A DNA stretch of 61,958 nt, filler included, from Basidioascus undulatus (GCA_000826855.1; 9 parts of 9 records of this genome joined end to end with filler, not necessarily neighbours in it); one strand, 5' to 3'. Counted from the whole stretch's first letter, positions 26,116 to 39,622 are shown. The notes: generated from the letters alone by a model not told the origin. Program-made: numbers and translations.

Positions 26116-27346
26116 ATGCAGGTCAAGGTCCTCCTCGCCGTTGCCGCTCTTCTTGCCGCCCCCGCCGTCATCGCTGCTCCCACTTCGACCGGGCACCAGC
26201 TTGCCCAGCGCCAGCTCGACGTTGGCGCGGGCGTTGTGGGCGGAGTCACTGGCGCTCTCGTAAGTCTTTAGAAACGTATATTTTTATTGGTTCTGGTCCA
26301 TGATTATAGTCCTGAATGCGTTACCGCAGGACAAGCCCCTCGAGCAGCTCAACAACCTCCCTCTGGACAACCCGCTTGCCGCCGGGGCCAAGAAGTTCGC
26401 GGAGGACATCAAGAAGGCCATTGCAAGTCCCGCATGGGGTTATTCAGCCTGTAAAAGTTGCAGACGAAATACTGACTGGAGGTAATGCCAGTCTGACCGC
26501 TTCGGCGACGACGGTACGGTATTTTCCCATGCTATTTCAAGTCCCTTCTGACCGCGTCTGTACTATATAGCTGCCAAGACCATCTCGAAGGACGAACTCT
26601 CCGCCTTCCTCGATGATCTCAAGAAGCGTGCGTTCGACCCATTTGCGCTAAAGAACTTCGGTGAAGCTGTCACTCATCACTGAATGCGCCCATAGTCCTC
26701 GACAGCGCCTTCGGCGACCAGGTCGGCGCGCAGCAGTTCCTCAAGGACTTTATCCCGAATCTTGTGGGTATCTCTCATCACTTTACCTACTGCGATTCAC
26801 CAGCTAACGTCAAGCGCTGTTCGTCCCTCTTAGACGGGTGCCCTGAGCAAGGCCAACCCTGCCGCTGCGCAGCGCATGAAGCGTGCGGTCCTGGCTGGCC
26901 TTCCCGGTATGGCTTTCTCTTCCCAATGGGGAATATTCTCCGACTGACATACCCGTTCCCAAGGGGGTGATGTTCTCGGCGGCGCCACGGGTGCTCTCCC
27001 GACCGACGCCGCGCTCCCTACTGGCGGTCTTCCCGCTCCCAGCAACCTTCCTCTTCCGGCTGATGCGCCTCTCCCTGGTAAGTAAAATGATTCCAGGAAC
27101 ACTAAATCTTGTTTACTCAGTTGTTTTGACCATGCATAGACAACCTCGACGTCGGCACGCTCACCGCCACCGTGGCTGACGCGATTGTACGGCACTCCGT
27201 TCTTATTATGGTCCAACTTCAAGCCCACTCACATACATACGATATCAACTTGAATTTAACAGGGCAAGCTCCTCGACGCCGTCCTCAAGCTCGTTGGTGG
27301 CGTTGTTGACGGCGTCACCGGTGGCGACCTCCCCGTTCGCGTTTGA
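26116..27346 (+). CDS. Secreted Gly/Ala/Leu-rich protein of unknown function, 8 exons
   Basis: Signal peptide MQVKVLLAVAALLAAPAVIAAP. All exons join in frame if intron 26423-26491 is GC-AG. Ends GKLLDAVLKLVGGVVDGVTGGDLPVRV*. Confidence 0.8.
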
Positions 27347-29022
27347 ACAAGCGAAGGCCGCAGGGTCACTGCGCTAGCGCTGTTGAGCGTAACTTCTCAA
27401 CCCCTCAATTACACAACATGACATTCGAAAGTCATCCTCGACTTGATTTGAAGTAGAAGCTCTTGCCTGTACTGTAAACGGAATCCCGATGGAGTATGAA
27501 ATATTTATTGAAAATAGATATTCTGATTGCATGGGTATTTTTTTTATATTTTTAGAACGGGTTCTCCAACACTCTTCTAGTCAGTCTAGCAAAGTGTATC
27601 GGCAGTCTTTCAGCGCACCTTATGTTCGATCAGCAATCAGCAATCAGCAACACTGCCGTTGCGAGGGACACTACCGCTAACCCGTGTTTTGATGTGGGCC
27701 TTGGAATGAAGTACAGCTGAAGGGCCCGTCTTGTGTAATAAGGCTGCCTGCGCCAATAAGGAACACACACAGCAGCGCTGCCTTCCCTACCGCCAAAGTG
27801 CCATGAACATTGTGGTCGTCGCTGTGTTCGGCCAACAATCTGCGGGTGACACGAATACCAGCTGACCAGCTTTGATGAAATAGTTCTTGAGGATTTATTT
27901 GGTCTTCAAGAGATTTCTATATGTGGTCCGATACGTTCAAAGGTTTGATGGCTAGACAGTCACTTGCATCTCTCTTCGTGCCTCCGCATCCAGGGCAAAC
28001 TCATCGAACACTCTGTCAATGCCTCTTAACCTTAGCCCGTGCTGTTATAGACTCGCCAAAGTCCCACCCACGCACCACCGCCCAACTACGTCAGCTGCCA
28101 GCTCACACCCTCGTCCTCCCCTCCTCTTTCGCTAAGCCCATGAGTGTCTTCGACCTCGCCCGCTCCCTTGCGTCCCACCTCTCCGACCCACGCGTGCGCG
28201 ATCGCTGGACGCGTAACATCGGTCTCCTCCGTTACCTTCCCGATCTGCCCATACGCGCCGAGGGCCACGGAAAGCGTGAAAAGACGGGGTGGCAGCTGCT
28301 GATCGAGGCCCAGCACGATGCGGCCTGTCCGTACAACGTCTCGGTCAGCCTGTCGAACCTCGGCGTCGTGGACTGAGAGCTCAAAGGGACGGTCGAGAAG
28401 ATGTGGTTCGCCCAAACTGCCAGCGCAACCTTGCTTTCTTCAAGCTGGATTTGAGTTTGAACTAGATTTGAGGTTTGATATGTGAGAGGCGACGAAGCGA
28501 GTCTCAGTGTATGAACTGACACTTTCCTGCTCGCCCGTGACCATCCAGATCGTCTCCCTCAAAGGTGGGCCGACGGGCTAGCGTTCGTCTTCAAAGATGG
28601 ATTGGTCGAAGAGGCACTCGTAGATCGCGTCCTGGCAGGCCTCAATGCGCTGTTGCGCCGCCTTGCACAGGACGCAGTGCCAGCGGATAAGCTCGTGAGG
28701 GGGTGAAGACGGAATTCAATGGAGGACTTAAGATCGAATTGAATTGAGCACTGGTTTGATGATGCTGTATATGAAAGTTGCAGGATGGGTTTTCATTCTT
28801 GATCGAAATCGACTGGGACCAAAGTGCTCCGTGTTCGATCGTGTGCTCGAAAGGGCGAGGAGGATGACGGACGATGGATGGAGAAGCGAGCACAATGCTA
28901 CAGCTCCTGCACGATCTAATCAAGGTGCTGTAACAATTTTCCCGGTTAGTGAGGATCGGAGATGGCAGTCGAGAAGAGCATTGCGCTTTGGGGGCAGTTG
29001 GAAAGGTGCGAGCCTGGGGAGT

Positions 29023-29080
29023 TGGGCATGTGCGAGGATGCAGTGGGCAGGTGCGAGGATGCAATGGGCAGGTGCGAGGA
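29023..29080. repeat. 21-bp tandem repeat, about 2.8 copies
   Basis: tgggcatgtgcgaggatgcag / tgggcaggtgcgaggatgcaa / tgggcaggtgcgagga. Confidence 0.85.
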
Positions 29081-29919
29081 AGACACGCGATGACCGAGCA
29101 ACTCTAAGTCCGACCAGCAGTTTTGATGTACTCATCAAGCACAAAGGGCTGACAAGAACTGAGGGTTGTGATTGACAGCCGATTTCCGAATCCGTCGTCT
29201 GGCGACGTGTCCGAGGAGCATACCGCTGCGAGACTGTTGTTTGCGACAGCCCGACTCAGTGCAAATGTAGAATTTGAATCTTTTGCTGACAGTCCGCTCT
29301 GTTTGCTTCAAGATCCTCCTTCAGGCGCAGCTTCGTCGCACGTATCGAGTTGAAGCGCAGGCATAAGCCAGCCGTCGCCTCCGCCTCTTTGCTACAATTC
29401 TTGTAAGAGGGCGCGGAATAAGAATTAAACCACAGGAATTGTCATAAGAGACGCTCTCATTGTGCGGTACAATGGGCCACGTCCATACGGCATCTGTGCA
29501 CTCGCAATGTCCAGTATTAGGATGCCCAGGTAAATGCTGAAGCTTCGACGAACGGGCTTCCATGCGGATCAAGGAAAGCCTGGGCAACGGATATTGATGA
29601 CTTCCGCAGTATGTTGTCTTTCAATACAATGAGGCAGTGAGCAAGTAAGTCTAGGCGGTTCAGTCAGCCCGACCAGGCGTAATAACTGTGGTATCCTGAC
29701 CGCTCGACTCCTTCAGTACTGCATCGAACACGTTTCCTTCGCGGTTCTGACCTTTGTACGTGTTTAAATCATTTGTTAAAGCGCTCTGACAAGGCATTTG
29801 AAAACTGTTTACCGTGAATTACCCGGGAACCGCTTTACGAGGGTCAGTGCTCCTCCTCGAAGCTGCTCAGTGCGCATCAGCGAGAACGACCTCGCGCCGC
29901 GCTCCTTTCCTTGTTCCCC

Positions 29920-29989
29920 ATCCTCTCTGGCCTTTTGGCTTAGATCAAGTGTAGTATCTGTTCTTTCAAGTTTGACAACTTGAACGAGG
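29920..29989 (+). ncRNA. U2: U2 snRNA, 5' part (truncated by contig end)
   Basis: GCCTTTTGGCTTAGATCAAGTGTAGTATCTGTTCTT contains stem I and the GTAGTA branch-point recognition sequence, followed by a stem IIa hairpin TTCAAGTT/AACTTGAA. Confidence 0.95.
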
Positions 29990-30089
29990 NNNNNNNNNNN
30001 NNNNNNNNNNNNNNNNNNNNNNNNNNNNNNNNNTTAATTAATTAANNNNNNNNNNNNNNNNNNNNNNNNNNNNNNNNNNNNNNNNNNNN
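29990..30089. other. Artificial contig spacer
   Basis: N44-TTAATTAATTAA-N44. Confidence 0.98.
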
Positions 30090-30903
30090 TGCGGTCCTGA
30101 AGCACATTGCTGTCGAGAGGCCCAAGAAGCATCAAACGCCAGCCACGGTTCTTACTTGAAAGAGAGGCCAACCCCGCATCCAGCTTACAGTCTTTCTGTG
30201 CAGCGATATCCCGTCACTAGCGTTCCCATCCTCAATTACCTCCCGCTCGCTATGGATCTGGCCACCAATCCTCCAATTACTGCGCTCGAGCTCAAGATGC
30301 CTCTCTTTCATTTGAGCTCACCCTGGAGATGGCAAATTATAAACGAAACGGGCGTCACCGTCCTGGCCGTCGCCTACGGACTGAAGCTGTGCATCCTGTT
30401 CACTTCACCATTTTCACCGGGCCTTTGACCACATATTAAGTTATTCATAGTCTTGACTTGATTTCCAGCTCACCTCACGAGAGCGATACATCTTCGCCAA
30501 AGTGGCTGGGTTAAAGTACCTCACCCGACCGCGTCCCGTCGGGCGGCTTGCGGAGTTCATGCTCCATGCCAGTAAGCTGTTGGCTTCTACCGAGGAGAAG
30601 AGGGCCAGCTGGCATTTGACATCGAATCTTATGCGCCTGCAGATGTATCGACTACACCGAGCGCCTGAGAGGAGTCGCAACCACCCTTTGGGTCTATTAC
30701 CACAACCACGACTACCCCGGCCCCGGCATCGGTCGAATACGTTGGTGGTGCATGTTCGGTATATAGTACATACACAGAACCAATCTCTCCTTATAGCTTT
30801 GTTTGTGACGGCGTGTAATGCACAAGTGTTCAAGCCGGACCGAATGCACGAATTCACCACTCAGGCGAACTTACATAACCAACGCGGCGACCGACAAGCA
30901 GAT

Positions 30904-32227
30904 CTATTCCACGCCAGCCGGGACACCTCTGCACAGCCATACCCTTGACCCGTCCAGCCCCTCCACTTTTCCCAATGGTACGTTAGCCGGCAGCACGGCG
31001 AGCCGAGGCACCGCGGCGGGCGCAGCTAGGTCTGTCGAGGACGCGGAGGGCTCGAGTCGGAGGAGGTGGAGTTGCTGTGATGATGACCAAAGCACAGTAT
31101 GAGCTTGAGAGGGGATGAAGTTTGAGTAGGAGAGGCAGAGAGAACATACACGTGAGCGGTCGGACGTCGCTTCGGATGTGACCGCAAAGCGCTGGGAGAG
31201 CAGGTCGATGCACCGCCCGACCGGTATACCCTGCGCTCAGAAAGCGAAGCAGCATCAGTTACCAAGCCTAACGCGTACAAGGCAGTAAGTCGCGCCCACC
31301 TTCTTGAAGTAAAGCACCGTCTCCTTCGCCCCCTCCTGTGCCGCCGTAGCCTCGCCGCTCTCCGCCGCTCTGCAAGCCGACCCGTCCAAATCAAGCGCCA
31401 CAACGACGTGCACTCTCTCGTCCGGTTTTACCGGGCCCTTATCGCGCGAGTCGCCCGGCTTGGCCTTCAGCCGTAGGCGCATGAGCTCGACTTTGCGCGC
31501 GGCGGGCGTCATGGGCTTCGCGGTCACTGCGGGCTTGGGTTTGGGCGTCGGTGGGAGCGAGGGAGAAGCTGGCGGAGAGTGCGCGGAAGGGAACGCTTTG
31601 GCGAGGAGCGCGCGTGCGGCTGCGTTCTTGTCGTCTTTCGACGGGCGGGGTGGCGGGGCCGGGGCAGAGGTGTACCTGTGCCTGGAGCGATGGTCCGGTG
31701 CATCAATACTGAATACACAATGTGCAATTTGGCAGAGATCTGAGCATTTACGTACTTGGCACAGTAATGTGGCACGCTATCCGGCTCCGCCAGCACCGCC
31801 TCGGGATCCGAGTCCGCGATGGAGAGGGACGGGGCCGTGCAACCCTGGTACGCGCACGCACGTCTGCGGAGCGCGGGCGAGGCGGAGGAGGAGGCCACGA
31901 GCGTCGCCGCGCAGCAGCTGAAGATGTCTGCGCGGTGATCGGAGCAGTACGCGTTGTGGCAATTCGGGCAGCGCGAGGGGAGGTAGTCTATTTGGGAGCA
32001 GTTGGGCTGGGTCGACGGGGGATGATTCGATTCAGCCGGAAAGATGAGTGTAGGACGACGATATGTGCGGGGGCATCAAGGAATCCGTCAGTTCTAGGGG
32101 TCGAATGGGCGAGGAGAAAGCGGCAGTGGAACTGCGCTGCGAGCGAGGGGAAGGAGCGAAGGATTGAAGATTGAAGTACGTGGTGGCACCTCGTCCCGAC
32201 GTTCAGGAATCCCGTATTGGAGGTCAT
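30904..32227 (-). CDS. AN1-type zinc finger protein (ZFAND1/Cuz1-like)
   Basis: FLNVGTRCHH start, CHNAYCSDHR finger, second Cys cluster (RACAYQGC...HYCAK), KVELMRLRLKAKPGD, GRCIDLL C-terminal ubiquitin-like region. Confidence 0.75.
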
Positions 32228-32652
32228 GATGATTGTCGAGATGAAAGAGATCCGAAAGAAACAATGGCCAGTATTGAATGGGCAAGAGATAGCGAAGCGG
32301 TGGAGATTCGAAGGTGGAGAAACAGCGACGACGCAGATGGCGGCGGGCCGAAAGCCCGCGTGGGCGTGTCCGCGTGAACAACCTTGGGCATCCTCTTTGC
32401 CTTTTGTCACACTTCCGCAAAGTTCGCCGGTGGAAAACGTACACGGCACTTCGGGGCGGTATGATCCCGTTTTCATCGTGTTTATATTATCAACGGCGTG
32501 TGTGGAAAAAATGGACAGCGCGAGCGCGAGAGTGGTGTAACAACATGCGAGGCGAACGGGGGTGGTGTACAACCCATCGCGAGGATCCCATCCACAAGAC
32601 AACTAATTACAGCGCGGAAAGAAACTATGAATCTTCATAACTTTTCTCTTAT

Positions 32653-34575
32653 CTATGATTCTCCCCCCGCCTGGCCTCCGCTCCCAAAGTCCAGCCCAAG
32701 CTGCTCAAGCGGACCCCACGCGCCCCAATCAAAGAACGCAAACCTGGGTGTCGAGTCATCGACGATGCTCGCGAACTGGACCGGATCAAACGCAGCGGGA
32801 ACGTTGTCCGCGACGGGGAGCAGTCGCGGGTCGACGTTCGGCGCTGCGGCGAGCGCGGGCAGGTCCGCGCTCGCGCCCCCCGTTGCGAGCGCCGCGTACG
32901 AGAGACTGTCCGCTGGCGCTGCGGCCGCTGATGGGGCGTCGGCGGAGGTGGGGGCCGCGGGGGGAGCGGACGGTCCGCCGGTGGCGGCGTCCGCGGGCGC
33001 GTTGGTTGTGGAACGCAGGGACGACGTGGAGCCCGAGACTTCAAGGACGAGCCCGGGAGGGAAGGCCTGCAGGTCTGGTCGACGCTCGTGCGAGACGAAG
33101 ACGCCGCCCTGTTCATCACGAGTTACTCAGATTCAGCATTCTTCTCTCGCCATCGTCAAGAACGTTTCTGAGCGAACGCACCCCTGGCCGGCTCGGGTCC
33201 GTCATAAACCGCAACTGCTCCGACTGGTTCTGGCGTGCCTTGACGCCGACGGTCTGTGCGCCAACAACAGCTCTTCAGTACCTTCTCAGCATCACCACAC
33301 GTCTCACGCAAGCACCACGCACCGGGTTAAGCCCCGGCATATTCGCCACAATTGCGCCGTCCTTGAGCCCGCACGCCGTCTTGTACAGCAAAATGACAAC
33401 CTTCCATCCCCACCAATATCTCATCAGCGCTCGCTCCGAACAACCTCGTAGGATGGGGAACGAAACGGGGTTTGGAGAAATGAGAGATGAAGGGGACTGG
33501 AGGCGGAAGACCCCAACGCACCTCGCTCAGCTTCGCCCGACTGGTCAGCTCGCCCGCCTCAGGCCCACGCCAGCGCGCAAAGATGTCCGACACGCGGCGG
33601 AGCATGTCGAGCGCGTCGTCGTCGCGCCGGCGCGTCCACGTGTGGTACTGGATGAGCGCGCATGCGCAGAGGCAGTACGAGACGAGGAAGAAGCTGGTCC
33701 CCGGTACCCCACCCATCAGTTTCCCCTCCCCCATCTGATCCAGAACGAAGAAGCGCACTGGTCCAGGACTCCAGGGTTCGCTTCGACTGCCCTCGCCCAA
33801 CCACAAGTCAGCTCGGCAACGCTTAGTTTGCAGATACCGAGCCCGACGCACCCCACTCGATCGACTCCTTCGAGGTCTGGAAGATGGCCGTCCACCTCAC
33901 AACAGACAAGCTGAACGTCAGGTGCTGGGGGACTGCATCGCCACACCCAATCGCACACACAGCATCAGCGTTCCTTCCTTATCCCTTCTCCCAAAGGTAG
34001 GAGACGCACCCTCGAAGCTGATGCGCATGAAGACGCGGAAGAAAAGGAGCATGAGGCAGCTGTGCGCGAGGTGGAGGATGCCTGTTCCCCGATCGCCCAT
34101 CCCGCTCCTCAGCTCCAGCGGAAAGAAACAAGCAAAGAGGAAAGGCAAGAAGAAGACGCACCAGCCTGCGCGTTCGACTCCCTCCCCACAAACTTCAAAT
34201 CCGGGGGCACGTCCTCCTTCCACTGATCGATCTCCGCCAACAGCCCCACAAGCTGTTCCCCCCACCATCTCACCACCGCATCAGCGCCCTCCCCCTTCCC
34301 CTACTTCCTTCCTCCCCGACGTACATGCGCGTCCGTAACAAGCCTCAACCCCGCAGCGCTATAGATCGTCTGCAGCACGCGGCCGGCGAGGACAGAGAGC
34401 TTGACCATCTCGGTCATGAATGCGAAGGGCCGGTGCTTCGTCGGCGCGTCCACAGACTCGGAGGAGTCCTGGGAGTCGGCGGGCGAGGTCGACCAGGGGG
34501 AGGGGAGGAGGACGTCGCAGTCCGTGAGCGAGATCGAGAGCGGGAGGCCGTAGGCGCTTGCGAGCCTGCGGGGCC
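32653..34575 (-). CDS. Fungal-specific transcription factor (middle homology region), 5'-truncated
   Basis: AYGLPLSISLTDCDVLLP, EMVKLSVLAGRVLQTIYS, QWKEDVPPDLKF, GILHLAHSCLMLLFFRVF, acidic/aromatic tail FDWGAWGPLEQLGLDF. Confidence 0.8.
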
Positions 34576-34675
34576 NNNNNNNNNNNNNNNNNNNNNNNNN
34601 NNNNNNNNNNNNNNNNNNNTTAATTAATTAANNNNNNNNNNNNNNNNNNNNNNNNNNNNNNNNNNNNNNNNNNNN
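34576..34675. other. Artificial contig spacer
   Basis: N44-TTAATTAATTAA-N44. Confidence 0.98.
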
Positions 34676-34736
34676 GAATTGAACCGGGGACCCCCTCAAT
34701 GCGAATGAGATGTGATAGCCCCTACACCAAATGCCC
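34676..34736 (-). tRNA. tRNA-Ala(CGC), 3'-truncated
   Basis: Reverse complement GGGCATTTGGTGTAGGGGCTATCACATCTCATTCGCATTGAGGGGGTCCCCGGTTCAATTC. Anticodon arm CTCA-TTCGCAT-TGAG, T-loop GTTCAATTC. Confidence 0.9.
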
Positions 34737-35050
34737 ATGTGAAAGACGACACCAATGTTACTTTATAGAGATTTGGGCAGGGATGCACCTTTTGCAGTCT
34801 GCCCAACACCCCCAGAAATGACGCTTCTTCTTTCCCCTAAGCCATCTACTTCCATTTCTTGACTGCAGTGATGGTAATTTTTCCAGAACTTCCTTCGTAA
34901 GACGTTTATAAACTGCTGCCAGGCCGCCGAGCACGTCACTGCGCACGGCGGTTAGTGCAAGCTAGTCTGCAGGGTTGCTTACATTTTTGTTTGTGGTTCT
35001 TCTTCTCTGTTATTTCCACTCTCAACTGTCCTCCAACGTCCCAGAGCGCC

Positions 35051-36510
35051 ATGCCGGACAGCAGTGATGAGCCCACCGAGCGCACTGCGCTGCTTGCAAG
35101 TGAGGATGCAGTGCAGAAAGACGCGAAGCCGGCACACCGACGGCGCTGCCCAAGCGCCAGCTGGCGATCGTGCTGTGCTTGCCCGTATCCGAGCAATTGC
35201 CTTTGTGAGTAAATGCTTCGTTCAATGTGGCCAGTCCTATACTGACAGGATAATGCAGACTTCGATCTTCCCTTACGTGAACGAAGTGCGTCTCCGCCTA
35301 AGACTGATCAGTGATGCCAGCGGGCGAGCTGAACTTCCGACGCTGCTTGCAGATGATTGAAGAATTGGGTGTTACTTCCGATCCCGCACGGGTAAGAAAA
35401 TCTCCGTCATTCTTCACCTTCCGAACACTGAAAAGTTCTGCGCCTTCAGGTGGGTACTACAGCGGGAGCCTCGAGTCGCTCTTTGCCCTGGCTCAGTTCC
35501 TCACCGGTGCGCATCCATCAGCCACCGCCCTCTGACATTTCCACTCATCGTTTATTGCCTCCCAGTCCTCCACTGGGGCTCGCTCTCAGACCGCATCGGA
35601 CGTCGAGCAGTGCTCCTCATCGGCTTCACGGGGCTCGGGGTTTCGGTCCTGCTCTTCGGCCTGTCGCGCTTTCTGGTGGGCTTGCGCGGCAAGGGCTCTT
35701 GCTGGAGCTCTGAACGGAAAGTGAGTTATGTAAAGTGACCAAACAGGCCACAGCAGTCCTTGTGCTGAACTCCGTCGTCATGATCAAGTGCAGCGGTTGC
35801 GAGAAGCATGATTGGCGAGCTCGCGGACGAGACGAACTCCGCTCGCGCCTTTGCGCTCTTCCCTGTATCGTGAATTGGGGATCCATCATCGGGTGAGCCC
35901 AAAGTGCGTGCACCCATGTCTTGTTTTCGGAATGTCTCAACTCCTCTTATCAGACCCATCCTTGGCGGCTTCCTTTCGCATCCCGTCGAGCGTTTTCCAT
36001 CGCTCTTTGGATTGTTCACGTTCCTTAGTATCTTCCCCTACTTCCTGCCATCCGCAGTGGCAGCAAGCCTTACCTTCGTTAGTGTTCTTGTCGGCTATTT
36101 TTTCCTGGAGGAGGTATGTCCTCGTCAAATGGTAGAAGGTGATCCGAGCTGACTGCCTTACCCGACACAGACGTTTCACAAAAAACTCCCTGCGGACACG
36201 CTCATTCACCTCTCTTTAAAGACACTGCGTTTACGGTGTCCCATCAGTGTCCATTGCCCTTTCTGTGTGCCCTGACATGATCTTCTGTGGAAGCCGAAGG
36301 CCCCCAGCCGCTGCGCACTTTGCTCAAGTCTGAGCGGCTCGTCGCTTTTCTTGCGTCCTGGGCCCTCGCAGTCATGACATACATGTTCTTGTGAGTTGTA
36401 CTTGGAGCTCAGTAGAAGGGTTTCGTGTTTATCCATATCTTCACGGCAATGTGATCTTTGCTCTGTTCGCATTCACGGCTGTTGCAAAGGGCGGACTCTC
36501 CTTCACTGTA
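35051..36510 (+). pseudogene. MFS drug/H+ antiporter-like (ZIF-like) transporter, disrupted
   Basis: PTERTALL, TSIFPYVNE, VGYYSGSLESLFALAQF, HWGSLSDRIGRRAVLL, GELADETNSARAF, PILGGFLSHP, FPYFLPS. Frameshift near 35135, deletion near 35670, C-terminal half decayed. Confidence 0.7.
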
Positions 36511-37396
36511 CGCAGCGTTGTGCCCTCACAGGCTCATCAACTTTCAGATCTACGCTCACAGTCTTGTTTACACCCTTGCTTCGTGCGTCGATAGTCTCGT
36601 TATCTGCCACGCTTGGTTTAGCGACCCGCTGAATACTGCTTCACTGTTTATTAGCCGAGCGGACTTTCGGGACCTGCTCAACAGCGTCAAACGAGCTCAT
36701 GTGCTCTGACCAGCAGCCGCAGTTATCCGCGCAGCATCAAGCCCGCTGGTGTATGCCTCGGACAGGCCCAAGGGGTTGAAGGTGAGTTCGGGATGTCATC
36801 AAGGCGGTCAGCACCTGGTACTCACATTTATGGCGCTCGCATCGTTCGACTTCGGCTCCAGAAGACGACCAAATTCAGATGGTACGATGTTGTGACTGCA
36901 GCTTGACCGATGCGCATGTTGTCAATCTGATATGATATTCTGACTCGGGGATGAAATCATTGAAGGGATCAAGCTTCACCCGTCAGTCCCGCTCCCCCCA
37001 CTCTTGCGCAACAAGGGTCGTAAATGCACATGGCCGAAGTCTGGGTTGAGCAGCAGACTGCGCCCAGCATTAGCTGACTAATTGGTTCAATATTTGTGTC
37101 CAAGTCTTCCCCCATTGCCATGTGTGCCCAGATTTAGTGGATGTAACGCGCTGAGTGACAATGTACATCCACGCAGATCGCGACGGTGCCGCCTTCGTAA
37201 TCGATTGATCTTAAGAGAATGGAAAGGTTTTTCTGGTACTGATGCTCGGATGGCTGTCGCTAACAGCATCGTTACATCGTTGACATATCATCGACCATTA
37301 AGCAAGCAGGCCCTTCTCGGCCCTCAACCGTCAACCTTCAGCCGTCAACCCTTAACCCACAACCCTCACGCCGAGAATCGCCCCGAAGTTCAGGGC

Positions 37397-39160
37397 TCAA
37401 GCGGGCCCGTCAATCATCGCCTTGATCACGCCCTTGCCATCCTCGCCCTTGCCCGCGCGCGTTGCGTGGAATGCTTCGAGCGCCTTGTCGAAGGGGTATC
37501 TGTGGAGCACGAGACAAGAAGCCCAAGAGGCTCAGAGATGTAGGAGAAGGTGAAGTGAAAGTGGGAAGAGGAGATGACGCACTGGTGCGTGATGAGCGGC
37601 TTGAGGTTGATCCGCTTCTGGCGCACCAGGTCAATAGCGAGCGGGTACACACCCGGCCCGTACCGGAACGAGCCCTTCATGCTGTCGCACCGAAGACGTT
37701 CGCGCGTTAGGTTAAACCAACAGGAGGGTGAGAAAGAGGAGAAAGAGGAGCACGCACGTAATCTCCTTAACGATAACGAGCGTGATAGGCACCTGCACCT
37801 CCGGCCTACCCATGCCGACCTGCACAAACCGCCCCGCAGGCTTGAGCGCATGGAGGCCCAAGTCGATGCACGGCTGCGCGCCGCTCGCCTCGAGGACGAG
37901 GTCGATGCCGTCGAGGCCGCGCTCGGCGATGCCCAGCTTGCGGCGGAGCTCGGCAGCGGCGCGCTTGGCGGACTCGTAGCGCGCCTCGTTAGGGAGGGGA
38001 GGGGGCGGGACGAAGGTGTCTGTTGCGGCGTAGGACTTGGCGAAGGCGAGACGTTCGGGGTTGATCTGCCCAGGTGAGAGAGAGGAGAGGCCAGTGAGCA
38101 TCAAGAGGAATAGGAAGAGGAAATGGATCGCACGTCGACGGCGATGATACGGCGGGCGCCCATGCTGCACCACCAAATAGACGGTCCGTCAGTTCATACT
38201 ATTAGACTCGGGCCATTAGTGTGGAGAACAGGACGCACGCCTTGGCAACGGCGATGAGGAGAAGGCCGACGGGCCCGCAGCCGAAGACAAGGACGTTCTC
38301 GTTCGCGCGGATGTCCCCGACTTTGACGGCGGAATGGACGGCGACGGAGAGAGGCTCGATCTGCGGAGGTTGAGTGGAAAATTAGCTGCTGCGGCGCAAG
38401 AGCTATTCATTGACAGACGTACCATTGCGCCCTCCTCCAGCGTCACGTTGTCCGGGAGCGGGTAGACGAAGTCGCCCGGGCTATTTCCGCCACATTCCGC
38501 ACACATGAGCTTTCCGCCTCCATTCTTCACTTCAAAAGGCACTCACAGCTTGAAGTACCTCGCCAGCGTCCCCCCCGCGAACGGCGGGGTTGCGGCAAAG
38601 GTCATGTGCTCGCAGAGGTTGTATCGCCCGGCCTTGCATTCGGAGCACACGCCGCAGCCGAAGCCAGGCTCAAGGGCGACGCGGTCGCCCGGCTTCACGT
38701 GGTTTACAGATGAGCCGGTTGCGACCACGACGCCGGCCGACTCTGTGTAGGAAGATGGATAAGTTGGAAGAGCGGGGGTGGCATCGGTGAGGGAAGACGG
38801 ACCGTGGCCGAGACACATCCCGCCAGATCCGCAGTCGGCAACGACAAAGTCGCCAATACCTAAAAAAGAGCGTACCACATGAGCGGCGATGCGATATGCA
38901 ATATGACAGAGTCTGGGGCAGCGCAAGGTGTTGGTGTGGGGTGCAGAAGACGTACGGCCGTGGACCTGTCCGGAGCCGCCCAACGGTCAGATCGTCTGAC
39001 TCTCAATGAAGAGAGCACTGCACACTCACCAGGTAGTGCACGTCAGACCCACAGATCTACTCATCGCTCGAAAAGGTCAACCGCCTGCATCGGATCCAAC
39101 AATCTCGCCCTGACGCCCAAGCCCTCCTCCTGCCCCTCCCCATCCTCCTCCAGCGCATAC
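37397..39160 (-). CDS. Sorbitol/xylitol dehydrogenase (Zn-dependent MDR family), 5'-truncated
   Basis: ICGSDVHYL, GHESAG, GDRVALEPG-CGVCSECKAGRYNLC, EPLSVAVH, VFGCGPVG, GSFRYGPG, LKPLITH. 10-nt exon at 38956-38965. Confidence 0.95.
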
Positions 39161-39260
39161 NNNNNNNNNNNNNNNNNNNNNNNNNNNNNNNNNNNNNNNN
39201 NNNNTTAATTAATTAANNNNNNNNNNNNNNNNNNNNNNNNNNNNNNNNNNNNNNNNNNNN
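39161..39260. other. Artificial contig spacer
   Basis: N44-TTAATTAATTAA-N44. Confidence 0.98.
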
Positions 39261-39622
39261 CGGCGGGTACAGCTCGCGCAGCGGCGACGACCAGCGCCCC
39301 CATCCTCTGTCGACCATCAGGGAGACCGGCAAGAGCGCGGCGCCCACGCTAGCCAGCGCCGCGCAGTCGTCCGATACTTCCCCCAGAAAGCAGTCGCCGA
39401 CTCCGTTACCAGACGTCGGCGAGGCCGACCTGCGGCGCCGCGTGTCCGGTTCGGCGGTCGACGACGAGGACGAGGACCCCGAGTTGTCGCCGCGTTCGCC
39501 TGCCGCGGACGCTGCGAACCACACGAGATTAATGGGGCGCTCTGAGGTCGCCGATATCCGTATGTCGCCTCTGTTCATCATCTTGTGCGGACATTCTCTG
39601 ACGTATTCGAGACGCAGAATAA
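39261..39622 (+). CDS. 3' end of a hypothetical low-complexity protein
   Basis: Open frame from the contig start (LSTIRETGKSAAP...DDEDEDPELSPRSP), then a GTATGT...CGCAG intron and TAA. Confidence 0.4.

Noticed and set aside
28086..28650. Possible decayed minus-strand gene
   Set aside because: Coding-like composition but interrupted, and no family could be assigned.
35051..39160. MFS plus polyol dehydrogenase as a metabolic cluster
   Set aside because: The MFS is a decayed antiporter-type gene, not a sugar porter. Adjacency alone is insufficient.
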